The position numbers and the translations under genes are program-made. This document shows positions 32,051-43,400 of a stretch of 64,000 bases of DNA, piece after piece. This DNA comes from Diplonema japonicum (Eukaryota > Protista > Euglenozoa: Diplonemea): positions 1-64,000 of the forward strand of contig OZ025745.1 in assembly GCA_964019335.1 (NCBI GenBank), read 5' to 3'. Every line of letters begins with the position of its first letter. The first letter of the stretch is position 1. Below the pieces are notes generated by a model. That model was given only the letters and a program-made list of their open reading frames with translations, was not told the origin of the DNA and did not search any database.

Positions 32051-32932
32051 ATGTTCCGACGTGTCATGACAACGAAGAGGTTCTGCCACATCCAGAGCAG
32101 GCAGCTGGAGAACGGCGGGAAGGCGACCGGAGTGTTCAGCGAAGAAGGGTACCTGAAGGAGGGGACGCTGCTGTCGCCGGACGGGACCAAGAGGATAGGG
32201 GCCTTCCACGACGGGAAGCTCCAAGAAGGACGGATCCACCTGGTGGACGGGAGGACTTATGTGGGCGCATTCAGCGAGTCTGGCGCCATCACAAAAGGCA
32301 GGCTTGAAGAAGACGGGTCGGTCTACGAAGGTGAGTTCAACGAAAGATGGCAGCGACACGGCGACGGCATCGAGACACACCCTGACGGGGCCGTCCACAA
32401 GGGCTACTTCGAGAGCGACTACCTTGTTGACGGGGAGGTCACCATCCCAGAGACAGAGGCAAGAGGCGAGATCCAGTTCAAAGGAAGGCTTGTCGACGGG
32501 AAGTTCGCGGAGGGAACCTTAATCTTCGGTGGGATGGTGTATGAGGGCCAGTTGAAGGGGAACAACCCTCAAGGCGCAGGGCGTCTAACCATGCCAGACG
32601 GGTCTGTGAGACAGGGTTCATTCGAAGAAGGCATCCTTCACGGGACAGGGCAGATTATACTCAGGAACGGGACAGTTCTTGCTGGGCTTTTCACTGATGG
32701 ACACCTCCCACTGGGTGAGATTAAGTGGGTAAGCGGTGATTTTTATGAGGGGGAACTAGACAGCCAGCACCGGCCTGACGGGTCTGGTACTATGTTCAAA
32801 GCTGCAACCTCACACTGGTGGGCAGGGCAATGGAAGGCCGGTACCTTCTCCGGTGGATCAGTAACCGACAATGACGGCACTCCTGTTGACTACAGACAGG
32901 AAACACCCCAAGCAGGTCCTCTTCATATGTAG
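32051..32932 (+). CDS. MORN-repeat protein, possible mitochondrial presequence
   Basis: Repeated YEGEF/..HG.G units; N-terminus MFRRVMTTKRF. Confidence 0.8.
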   Translation: MFRRVMTTKRFCHIQSRQLENGGKATGVFSEEGYLKEGTLLSPDGTKRIGAFHDGKLQEGRIHLVDGRTYVGAFSESGAITKGRLEEDGSVYEGEFNERWQRHGDGIETHPDGAVHKGYFESDYLVDGEVTIPETEARGEIQFKGRLVDGKFAEGTLIFGGMVYEGQLKGNNPQGAGRLTMPDGSVRQGSFEEGILHGTGQIILRNGTVLAGLFTDGHLPLGEIKWVSGDFYEGELDSQHRPDGSGTMFKAATSHWWAGQWKAGTFSGGSVTDNDGTPVDYRQETPQAGPLHM

Positions 32933-34139
32933 ACAAAGGAGAACATTTTTTTTTTCTTTTCCTCGTTATCAAAGGTTGGGAGGGGGGAGGAGGGGAAAAA
33001 ATTGATCTGATGGATTCATCTGACAATTTTTTTTTTTTAAACAAGAAACAAGCTGAACTAGAATATGGCTGATATAGGCCGTCTTCTCTTTGGTAAGGGA
33101 AGCCCGTGTGGGGTTGATGAAGGAGTTTTTTAAAAAAAAAAGGGGGGGGTGGGGGAAAGAGAGAGAGTGACAAAAGCGCGCGGAAAGGTCTCGCAGCTGT
33201 TTTTGTTCATCGAGAAAGAGAGAGAATATAAAAAAAAGAAAAAAAAAAAGAAGAAGAAGAAGAAGAAGTAAACCGTATTTGCTTTTTTTTATTTATTTTT
33301 TTTATTATTATTATTGGCGGGTTTCCTCTAACATTTTTTGCTTCCTGTGTGGTAAAATACCTCCGAAGGGAGGGGGGAAATTAAAAAAAAATAAAAATAA
33401 AAAAGCGGTTCATCCCCCGCCCCCCTGTTTCTTTCCCTACCTCTTACTCCCTCCCCATATCCTTTGAACTTTTATTTCTTTTTTAAAAATGCGGGTGGTA
33501 GTTGTTTAAAAACACCAGAAATGAAAAGGGGGTGAAAGAAATGGCTTTTTTTTCTCTTTTTCTTTTCTTTTTGTTCGTTTTTTTTTTTTTTTTTTTTTTT
33601 CCTTCGCGCACAAACCCAAGTACCCCCCTTCCCCAAATGTTACCCTCACTAGCCCTTTTTTTTTTATAGCTTTTTTATAGCTTTTTTCACGCCTTAAGGG
33701 GTGTGTAGTCATGACATAACATTCTTGTTCCCTCCACCCCCCCTGCAAAAAAAGAAGAAAACAAAGAAAATACAAGGCAAGCCGTCCGAATATGAAGAGT
33801 AGAGGCATTTTGTGTCCCTTTTTTTTATTTCTCCTTGTGTTTTTTTTCTTCTTCTTTCCCCCCATTCTGTCCCCCTCCCCCGATCTTTGTCAGGTAAGTA
33901 TCTTTTATTGTTATTAGTCCTCAGGAAAGTAAATAAAGAGAGGGAAAAAAAAAAAAAAAAAAAAAAAAAAAGAAAGAAAAAAAAACCGAGAGGGCGAAAG
34001 GAAAATTTATCACTACAATCAAAATTAAAAAAGGAAAAGAAAATAATTTTTACGGTTAATGAATAGCAGCGCTATCAGGGGGTGGTGTGTCTAATAAAGA
34101 CCTTTAAACTCTTTTTTTTTTTTTTTTTTTCCCCCGGTA

Positions 34140-34177
34140 GGCCGTTGCTTACCACTTCGTTTCCTATCACAGTGAAT
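34140..34177 (+). repeat. Dispersed repeat of about 38 nt between T-tracts (putative family-D stub); second copy at 56844-56880
   Basis: GGCCGTTGCTTACCACTTCGTTTCCTATCACAGTGAAT versus GGCCGTTGCTAACCACTTCGTTCCTATCATAGTGAAT. Confidence 0.65.
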
Positions 34178-34741
34178 TTTTTTTTTTTCATATTCATAAC
34201 AAAAAAAAAGCCGTTAAAATACCCTCAACCAAAAAAAAAAAAAAAAAAAGAAAAGGGAGGGGGACTGCGCAGTCCATCCTTTTATTTTTTTTTTATTTTT
34301 TTATGTCTATCTGGGAATGATGGGAGATTTTACCTTCTTCTTTTTTTTAAAAAATTTAAAAAAAAAAAAAAAAAAACTAATATAGAATGAGTGACCTGTC
34401 TCTTAACAAAAAAAAAAAAAAAAAAAAGAGTTTTTGTACAAAAAAAAACGGTGTTAACTGGTCTACTTATATTGCAGCCCAGAGTTTTCGCGAGAGAGAA
34501 TCAAAAGCACTTGGCGCTCAGAAGGTCGGTGGTTGGCCCTCACCTTCACCGTGTCATTTACGTCTACGTTACCAGTGGGTCATCGTGGTGCCTTTAAGAA
34601 ACCCCAGTTTCCACAAGAGGAATCACAACAAAGTGACATTGAGTCACAGGGGTGTTTCGTGTGGTGCCAGGCATTTTTTTTTTTATACCAGGAGAACCCG
34701 AGGTTCTTTTTTTCTTTTTGTCTACTTCCCAATCCCCCCCC

Positions 34742-34899
<158 letters not shown>

Positions 34900-35200
34900 C
34901 CGTTTTTATTTTTTGTGGTTATCCCCCCCCCCCCCCCCCCCCAATACCGTAAAAAAAAGAGAAAGACTTGATCTTTTGTCTCATTCCCCCCCCCATTTTT
35001 TGTTTTTACTCGTCCTCCCCCTTGACCCCCTTTTTTTTTCATTTCCCTTTTTTTTTGTTGTTGTTGTTGTATCTGAGAAAACTGGTGGGACAAAGGGAGG
35101 GGAAAGGAGGGAGAAAAAAAAATAATAATAATATAGTACACAAAAAAGTACGCATTCTTCCTTTTTTTTTTCAGCGTGGTCCCCCCCCTCTGCATGGTAC

Positions 35201-36392
35201 ATGCAATTATATATACTGCTTGTATGTGTAAGTGTTCTGAGCCAGTGTGTTGATGACCCTGACGGGACGATAGCAGGCAGTCTGGGTCCTGACTGGTGCT
35301 GCGTCGGGTGTAAAAACCCTCTTGTGACTGATAAATGCGGGACGATGGTGAATGGTGTGCCTTTGAAAGACCTGTGTAGGAAGTCTTGCAACAACTGTGC
35401 CTCTGCGGTGACGGCGCAACCCACTGCGGCACCCTCCACGGCCGCCCCTCCCACACCGCAACCAGCAGGGAGTGGGGGTGGGGATGTGGCATGCACAGAC
35501 GACCCCAACTGGCTACACACGACAGGCAACTGGACATGCGCTAACCTCGTTACCCACAAGGAGACCTGTACTAATGCAAATCAAGACCCCACTTGCTGGT
35601 CGCAAGCCTGCACGGAAGAAGTCCGCCAAGCATGTGCGTCTACATGTGAAGCATGCAATACAACCGTTCCACTGCCCGCACCTACTCCTGGTCCCTCGAT
35701 ATGTACTTCTGTCGCCTCTGAGTGCACCACCTCCCCCTGCACGTGTACCGCAGGCGAGAATGAGTCAAAAACGCTTATTTCTGAAGCGTGCTACCGCTGC
35801 ACACCTGCGCCCCCACCGAGCGACTCCTCCCCCTGGTGGGTCAGTGCTTCCGTCCCCTTCTTTATCTGCTGCATTGTCGTCTTTATCCTCACTGTCATAA
35901 TAGTTGCGTGGCGTGTCCGAAGCAATCCCAACCACCACAGACAGAAGCTCTCCGATAGCCCACCTGGCGGTAGTGATGATGCGCCTAAGCCTTTCTCTAG
36001 CCCCTACCATGCCCCCTTGCCTGCGCATGCGGGTGAGACACCTAAGTCACAAGAATTGAAGGAGCTGCATGAAAAACGTGAAGTACTGAAACAACAGTTG
36101 GAGCAAAGAAGGATGGGCTCCGGGTCCCCTGCGCAGGCCAGCCACGCCCCCAGTGGGACCGTGCAAGCCTTTCCCGACAACACACATGTGGAAGCGAACT
36201 GGAATGGCACCTGGTGTGACGCGGTGATCTTAGGGTATGCCAACACTGCCGCACAACACGCACAGGCACCTGCCAGAGGACGGCACGTACATGATCAGGT
36301 GGCTCGAGGACAACACCGAGACTGCTGGCGTTGTGGTGGCGGACCTCAGGGCGCCAAACAAAAACCCCATCCCCGCCTTGTTCAATAGCTGA
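35201..36392 (+). CDS. Type I membrane protein: signal peptide, Cys-rich (ShK-like) ectodomains, TM, cytosolic Tudor/Agenet-like domain; intron at 36235-36265
   Basis: C.DDP...C..SC..C modules and a TM segment VPFFICCIVVFILTVIIVAW. Splicing restores HVEANWNGTWCDAVILGHLPEDGTYMIRWLED. Confidence 0.7.
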
Positions 36393-36466
36393 CAGCTAGA
36401 TGTGTTTTCATACCTCTGCACATTCATACCCATCCCCCATACTTATGCAGTTCCAAGAAAATAACA

Positions 36467-38245
36467 ATGTCGTTACCTGCGATGCTTTTCGCCCTTGTCA
36501 GTGTTGCCACTGTGCACACAGAGCGCTGCACAAAGTGGCGTTCGTCTAGGTCCAGTGTCCCTGTGGAGTGGTGCCCTGTGAACTGCTACGCTCCCGGCAC
36601 TTTAAATCTGGCTCCTGCCTGTGACCCCGCCTCGACACCCGCTCACCAGGTGTGCCACTGTGAAGACGCGGCTCCTGCTCCTGTTCCCCCCACCGTGCAC
36701 AAGGAGCACTGCACAAAGTGGCGTTCGTCAAGGTCCAGTGTCCCTGTGGAGTGGTGCCCTGTGAACTGCTACGCTCCCGGAACTCTGAATCTGGCTCCTG
36801 CCTGTGACCCCGCTTCGACATCCGCTCACCAGGTGTGCCACTGTGAGGACATGGGTGGCGCTTCTACCCCCACCGTGCATGACGAGCGCTGCATGCAATG
36901 GCGTTCGTCTAGGTCCAGTGTCCCTGTGGAGTGGTGCCCTGTGAACTGCTACGCTCCCGGCACTTTAAATCTGGCTCCTGCCTGTGACCCCGCCTCGACA
37001 CCCGCTCACCAGGTGTGCCACTGTGAAGACGCGGCTCCTGCTCCTGTTCCCCCCACCGTGCACAAGGAACACTGCACAAAGTGGCGTTCGTCTAGGTCCA
37101 GTGTCCCTGTGGAGTGGTGCCCTGTGAACTGCTACGCTCCCGGCACTTTAAATCTGGCTCCTGCCTGTGACCCCGCTTCGACACCCGCTCACCAGGTGTG
37201 CCACTGTGAGGACATGGGTGGCGCTTCTACCCCCACCGTGCACGACGAGCGCTGCATGCAGTGGCGCTCATCTAGGTCCAGTGTCCCTGTGGAGTGGTGC
37301 CCTGTGAACTGCTACGCTCCCGGCACTTTAAATCTGGCTCCTGCCTGTGACCCCGCCTCGACACCCGCTCACCAGGTGTGCCACTGTGAGGACATGGCTG
37401 CGGCTCCTATAGCCCCCACCGTGGACAAGGAGCGCTGCACAAAGTGGCGTTCGTCAAGGTCCAGTGTCCCTGTGGAGTGGTGCCCTGTGAACTGCTACGC
37501 TCCCGGAACTCTGAATCTGGCTCCTGCCTGTGACCCCGCCTCGACACCCGCTCATCAGGTGTGCCACTGTGAGGACATGGGTGAGCCTATGGTGCCCAAG
37601 AGTGATGACTGCACGGCGGCAACAACGGTGACGATGACGACACCTGGTGGGACGCAGGCCCTCGCAGGGGTGCCCGTGACGGAGAGGATGGCTGGGTGGG
37701 CATACGGGGGGCGCAACACCAAGCTGCATAGCTTCCCGAATATGCTGCGCGAGGCCAGCGCACACATCCCTGCGAACCAGCCACTGCCCGAGGACACAGA
37801 GTTCACAGCGACCTGCAATGGGTGCGACGGTGATGCTTGTGAGGTCTTCGTCACCATTCACAACTGCCCTGCCTGCTCTGCTGGGTCCAACGGCAACCTT
37901 CCTGCGCAGTTCGCACTTGGAGGGTGGGAGGCAAGGAGTTGTGCACCGCAGTTTGCTGTGGACCAGTTGGGTGGGGACTACAAGATGCTGACGTTCAGGA
38001 AGATGCTCCTCCCTGGTCAGGAAGTCACAACCCCCGCTTCTGTGGGGAGGGTGAAGCACCTTGCACTGTTCACCCTGCTCAGCAAGGACTGTGGCTCGCT
38101 GAACGAAGTTAGCTGCGGTGACACCTCGTCTTGCAAGTGGAAGAATGACCAGTGCATCTCTGCTTGGTGCCCCAAGGCGTCGGGGCCCTTTGCCCCCCCT
38201 ACTGGCACCGGGGGTGCCACGTGCAAGTGCCCTCCCACACACTAA
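36467..38245 (+). CDS. Secreted Cys-rich protein with six 61-aa repeats (6 Cys each) and a Cys-rich C-terminal domain
   Basis: Signal peptide; CTKWRSSRSSVPVEWCPVNCYAPGTLNLAPACDPASTPAHQVCHCED-type unit x6. Confidence 0.85.
   Translation: MSLPAMLFALVSVATVHTERCTKWRSSRSSVPVEWCPVNCYAPGTLNLAPACDPASTPAHQVCHCEDAAPAPVPPTVHKEHCTKWRSSRSSVPVEWCPVNCYAPGTLNLAPACDPASTSAHQVCHCEDMGGASTPTVHDERCMQWRSSRSSVPVEWCPVNCYAPGTLNLAPACDPASTPAHQVCHCEDAAPAPVPPTVHKEHCTKWRSSRSSVPVEWCPVNCYAPGTLNLAPACDPASTPAHQVCHCEDMGGASTPTVHDERCMQWRSSRSSVPVEWCPVNCYAPGTLNLAPACDPASTPAHQVCHCEDMAAAPIAPTVDKERCTKWRSSRSSVPVEWCPVNCYAPGTLNLAPACDPASTPAHQVCHCEDMGEPMVPKSDDCTAATTVTMTTPGGTQALAGVPVTERMAGWAYGGRNTKLHSFPNMLREASAHIPANQPLPEDTEFTATCNGCDGDACEVFVTIHNCPACSAGSNGNLPAQFALGGWEARSCAPQFAVDQLGGDYKMLTFRKMLLPGQEVTTPASVGRVKHLALFTLLSKDCGSLNEVSCGDTSSCKWKNDQCISAWCPKASGPFAPPTGTGGATCKCPPTH
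36512..37578 (+). repeat. 183-nt tandem repeat x6 with alternating linker variants
   Basis: Direct inspection. Confidence 0.9.
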
Positions 38246-39532
38246 AGGTTTTAGTATTCACAACGACGGTGTTATCTTCCCTTTTCTCATCAATGTTGAA
38301 AAGAAAAAAAGTAGAAAGAAAAAATAGAGAAAGGAAAAAAGGAAAAAGAAAGAAAAAAAGAAAGAAAGAAAGAAAGGAGGGAAAAAAGAAAAAAAAACAG
38401 AGAAAAAAATCAGATTTGAAGATAGAAAACGAACATAGAAGAATACAAGAAAAAAAAAAAAAAATAAATAACGTTTATCCACTTCAGTCGTCCTTTTTTT
38501 TAAATTTTTTTTTTATTCTTTTTTTTCTCCTTTTTTTTTTTTTCTCGTTGTTGTTCCTCTTTTTTTTTTTTTTTTAATTCCCCTCTCTCCTGCAACAAAA
38601 AATTTTATTTTTCATTTCCTTATTTTTTTTTTTTTAATATCTCCCCACACTAGACTTTTTGGTCCTTCACACGGCACCTCAAAAGATTTCACGAGTGCCT
38701 GGTAACAATCTGTCCAGTGAGTGTATTAATTCATCTTTTGGTGCACCAGTTGCACAAAAAATGCTGAAGGTGCACTTCGATACGCTAGTTCTCCATTTTT
38801 GGTTCATTGAAAAAACCTTAAAAAGCCCCTTTTTATTTGATTTATTTTCTCTTCTTTTTTTTTGTTTTTCTGTTGTGTGTGCGCAGTTTCCTAGGTTGGT
38901 TGCGATTTTTTTCTTTTTTCTGATCCCTCTGACTCGTACGGATAAAGTACAGTGATTCTAAAAAAAGAAAAAAAAGAAAAAGAAAAAGAGAAGAAGAAAA
39001 GAAAACAAACAAGCTTTGTTTTTTTTTCATTCTTTTTTTCTTCTTCTCTGTCTTATACCAGGAAACACTAAAGTGAGCGGTTTATTGTCATTGTTGGTGT
39101 TGAAGCCAGTCTTCCCTAGAAGTAGAGCTAAGACTGCGCTGCAACGCGTTTCATAAACTTACTACATTTCTTTCATTTCTTCTCCGTCCCCCTCACCCCT
39201 TGTTTTCACTTTGCCATCCTAAACCACGTTGTGGCCAGCGAGGCGGGCACGAAAACTTGCGAGCGGCTCCAGGACCCCTGTCCCTTAAGCGCCCAACGTG
39301 GTTAATGGGCTGTGCATACTAACCTTCTCCCAACCCACCTCAAACCCTCCTAGGGGCATAGTGCAATTACATACAAAAGATTGCCCGCCCTTCATCAAGT
39401 TTTTTTTTTTTTTTTGACCTCCCTCTCTCTCTTTTGTTTCACGTGCTGCTTCTTCTTTTTTGTGTTTTTTTTTTTTTTTTTTTTTTTCTCTCTCTGCTGT
39501 CCTTGTTCCGTCCTTTGAGGGTTTCCAGGAGA

Positions 39533-40339
39533 ATGAAACGTGTGGTGCTCGGAGATGGAAGGACGCTCGCCTTCCGGGAGTACGGGTGTGCAAGTGGTCT
39601 GCCTGTCGTCTTCGCACACGGCAACCTGAACAGCAGGATGTTCACCCCCATGTGGGACAAGACTTGTTCCACAACGACACAGTGCGGAGTACGCCTGATC
39701 GCAGTGGACAGGCCAGGGTACGGAGGGTCCACATACCTGAAGGACAGGACGTACATGTCCTTCGGTGACGACGTACGGGCACTCATGGCCGACCTGCAGC
39801 TCGACAAAATCGCAGTCTTAGGGTACAGTAGTGGTGGCCCCAACGTCCTAGCTGCCGCAGCTGCGCTTGGCGACAAGGTAGCCTGCTGCGGCCTCTTCAG
39901 CTCCGACGGCCCTTATAAGGCAATGGGCATCAACCAGCGTATATTCAACAAGGAAGAAATCACCAAGGAGGAGCTTCTCCAGCGCACCAAACAGTCGGCA
40001 GAAAACCTTCGGCAAGCATACGCCAATGCTCGACCGGAGAGGGTCGCTAGTCTCACCACCGACCTGGACACCGCCCTTGAACAAGGACACGATGCAGGCC
40101 CTTCGCAAGACGGCTGGCTGGAGTCCAGGGAATGGGACATCGACCTATCGGCCATCACGTGCCCTGTCCTTCTTTACCACGGGGACAAGGACACGGACGT
40201 GCCTCACGAGTGTTCCGAATACTTGGCGAAACAGCTTAAGAACCCCTCGCTGCATATATTGGAGGGCGAGAACCACTCCCTCATCAGGAGGAAGTGGGAG
40301 GAGGTCCTCACTGCAGTGGTGTCTGCGTGCAAGTGTTGA
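39533..40339 (+). CDS. Alpha/beta hydrolase fold protein
   Basis: HG oxyanion motif, VDRPGYGGS, GYSSGG nucleophile elbow, HGDKD, ENH. Confidence 0.9.
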   Translation: MKRVVLGDGRTLAFREYGCASGLPVVFAHGNLNSRMFTPMWDKTCSTTTQCGVRLIAVDRPGYGGSTYLKDRTYMSFGDDVRALMADLQLDKIAVLGYSSGGPNVLAAAAALGDKVACCGLFSSDGPYKAMGINQRIFNKEEITKEELLQRTKQSAENLRQAYANARPERVASLTTDLDTALEQGHDAGPSQDGWLESREWDIDLSAITCPVLLYHGDKDTDVPHECSEYLAKQLKNPSLHILEGENHSLIRRKWEEVLTAVVSACKC

Positions 40340-40455
40340 ATATCTTGCAGTAACAACACAACAACGTTTTCCCTGCTAATTTCTTTTTTGTTGGTTGTGA
40401 CTCGGAATCAGAAAACCCATACACACAGATAGGGGAAACCCTTGGGTCAAGGAAG

Positions 40456-43400
40456 ATGAACGATCTGCAGCCGGGCATGCTAGTGGAGGTTAATGGGCTC
40501 ACGCGAGACACGACGCTCAACGGTGAGATAGGCATAATAAGAGAGTTGCGGACACTGGGTAGCGGTGACGCCGGAGCGCTGGTGGACTTGGATAACGGAG
40601 GGTCGAAGCTGCTAAGGCTGCAGAACCTGGAGGAAGTAGAAGAGGAACAGCAGCCACAAGGAATGCCCACCGCAGTACAACCAGTCATGCATCAGATGCC
40701 TATGCAGGTCATGCCTACCCCCGACGTGTACCAATGGGTGGACAGAGAGGTGCAGCTCAAAATGCAACACCGACAAAAAGAAGAAGAGCAGAATAAAGAA
40801 ATAGAAGAGCTGAAGAAGAAACAAGCGGAGATGAAAAAGAGAGAAGAGGAAATGGGCATGAAGCAAGAAGAAGAGTTGAAGCAGAAGGAGCTGGACATCC
40901 AAAAGGAGTATGATAAGGCACTGAAGGACAAAGAGGAGACTATTCGAAAGCGGCAGGAGGCAGAGGCACAGAAGCGCATGGACGAACTTCAAAAGAAAGA
41001 AGACGAGATCTTGAAGATGCGAAACATGAACATCGACGAGATCGTTAAGAAGAGTGTCGAGAAGGAGCGGCAGTTGCTTGAAGAGCAGCATGCCTCTGAG
41101 GTACGAAAGCAGCAGGAGGCAGCGGAGCGACAACGGAAAATCGACGAAGAGGAGATTGCAAAGAGACGTGAAAAGATCCTCAGAGGGGCAGAGGCAGAGG
41201 CAGCACTCATCCTCCAGATGCAAGAAGAAGAAATCGTTAAGAAAGAAAAAGCAATGCAAGAACGACAAGCCAAAGAGGAAGAGGAGTACCGTAAAAAATC
41301 AGAAGAGGAAGCCATGCGCTTGCGGGGGCAGGATGTGGACGAGATGGTGAACGAGAAACTACAGCAAGAACTCAAAGAACTGCAGAAAAAGCATCAAGAG
41401 GAGATAGCAATCCAGAACGCCGCGATCGAACAGCAGAGGAGGGGCGACGAGGAAGCCGCAGCGGAACGGCGAAAAGAGCTTCTGGAAAAAGCGGAACAGG
41501 AAGCGGACCGCGACAGGAACGAGAAAATGAAGTTCATCCAGTCCATGGAGGAAGAGATGCAGCAGCAACATGACGCAGAGAGGAAGAAGAACCTCGAGGA
41601 GCTGAACGAGTTCAAACGGCAAGCAGAGCAGGAGGCGCTGGACTTGCGCAGTCAAGACATCGAAAAACTTGTTTCCGACCAGCTAGCTCTACACGAGAAG
41701 CGGCTTGCTGAAAAAGAGCAAGCGATGCGTCAAAGGCAAGAGGACGAGGCAGCCAAACGCTTGGAGGAGTTTGAGACGTTGTCCAAATGCAAAGAAAACG
41801 AGCTGCTAAAAATGCGCGACATGGACATCGATACACTAGTCGAGCAGACGCTTGAGAAAGAGAAAAAACTACTCTATGCTAAGCACCAAAGCGAGTTCGA
41901 AAAGATGAAAGCCGACGCCGAAGAACTCCGTGCCAGGGAGGCAGAGGCCGCCGCAGCACGTCGCGAGGAGGTTCTCATGAAAGCAGGAGAAGAAGCAGCA
42001 CTCATCCTCCAGATGCAAGAAGAAGAAATCGTTAAGAAAGAAAAAGCAATGCAAGAACGACAAGCCAAAGAGGAAGAGGAGTACCGTAAAAAATCAGAAG
42101 AGGAAGCCATGCGCTTGCGGGGGCAGGATGTGGACGAGATGGTGAACGAGAAACTACAGCAAGAACTCAAAGAACTGCGGCAAAAGCATCAAGAGGAGAT
42201 AGCAATCCAGAACGCCGCGATCGAACAGCAGAGGAGGGGCGACGAGGAAGCCGCAGCGGAACGGCGAAAAGAGCTTCTGGAAAAAGCGGAACAAGAAGCA
42301 GCCGAAAAGGTTAAGAAGCATTCCCTTGTCCTGAATGAAATGGAGAAAGACATGTACGCAAGGCATGAAGAGGAGAAGCAGAGGAATTTCGAAGAGATCG
42401 ATGCCTACAAGAAGAAAGCGGAAGACGATCTGAACGCTCTTATTGAGGAGGATGTCGAGAAGAAGGTTCAAGAAAGAATACAGAAAGAATCCGAGCTCTT
42501 GAGAAAAAGGCACCAAGAAGAAGCCGACAAAATTCTGAATGCGATGAAACTAGACATGCAAACACGGCAACAAGAGGAGGAAGCTAGCAGACTGGCGAAC
42601 TTCGAAGCGATGAAGAAGCGGACAGAGCAGGAGGCCATGAACCTGCGTAACAAAGACATCGACGACATAGTTGACAAAACTCTCGAGACACAGAAAAAGG
42701 TGCTCGCCGACAAGCACGCAGAGGAAGAGTCCGTGCTAAAGAAGGAAATAGCGGTTTTGAAGGCAGCGAGGAAACAGGCAGCAGCACAGCATCATCAAGC
42801 GCTATCTGCAGAGATGCAAAGCAGAGTCGAGCATCTTAGGCAAAGCCATACGGAAGCCATGATGCAGATCACAAAGCGTTACCAACAAGATCTGACTCTT
42901 GCCAAGGAAGAAGACAAAGAACGTCTGACGGCGAAACATGACAAAGAGCTTGCAGTTCACGAGGCTTCGATAACACAAGCAGAGCACAACATGCAGCAGC
43001 ATGCCGACTGCGAGCATCTGAGGGAGCAACAGGAGACTGAACGTGTCATCACCCAGCTGGAGGAGGACATGCACGAACGCCAGAAGCGAGAGAGAATAAG
43101 CACGCTGCAGGAAATCGAGAACATCCGGGAGCACCCCCGTGACATGACTCTCAATGAACCAGAAGCGGCAAGCAGGGTCGCCGCATTGGTAGAGCTGAAA
43201 GTATGCTGTATCAAAAGAAAAAAAATAAATGTGACAACTAAACAGGAGCGCCAATTGGCAGAACAGCTGCAAAACCAGCGACACGAGATGGAAAACACCA
43301 AGGACGAACTCCTCCATGTGACAACATTAGGACAGCAGCAAAAGAGCGAAAGGTTCATCGCATGCCAAAACGAGACCATCGCAAGAAAGGCTGAACGAGA

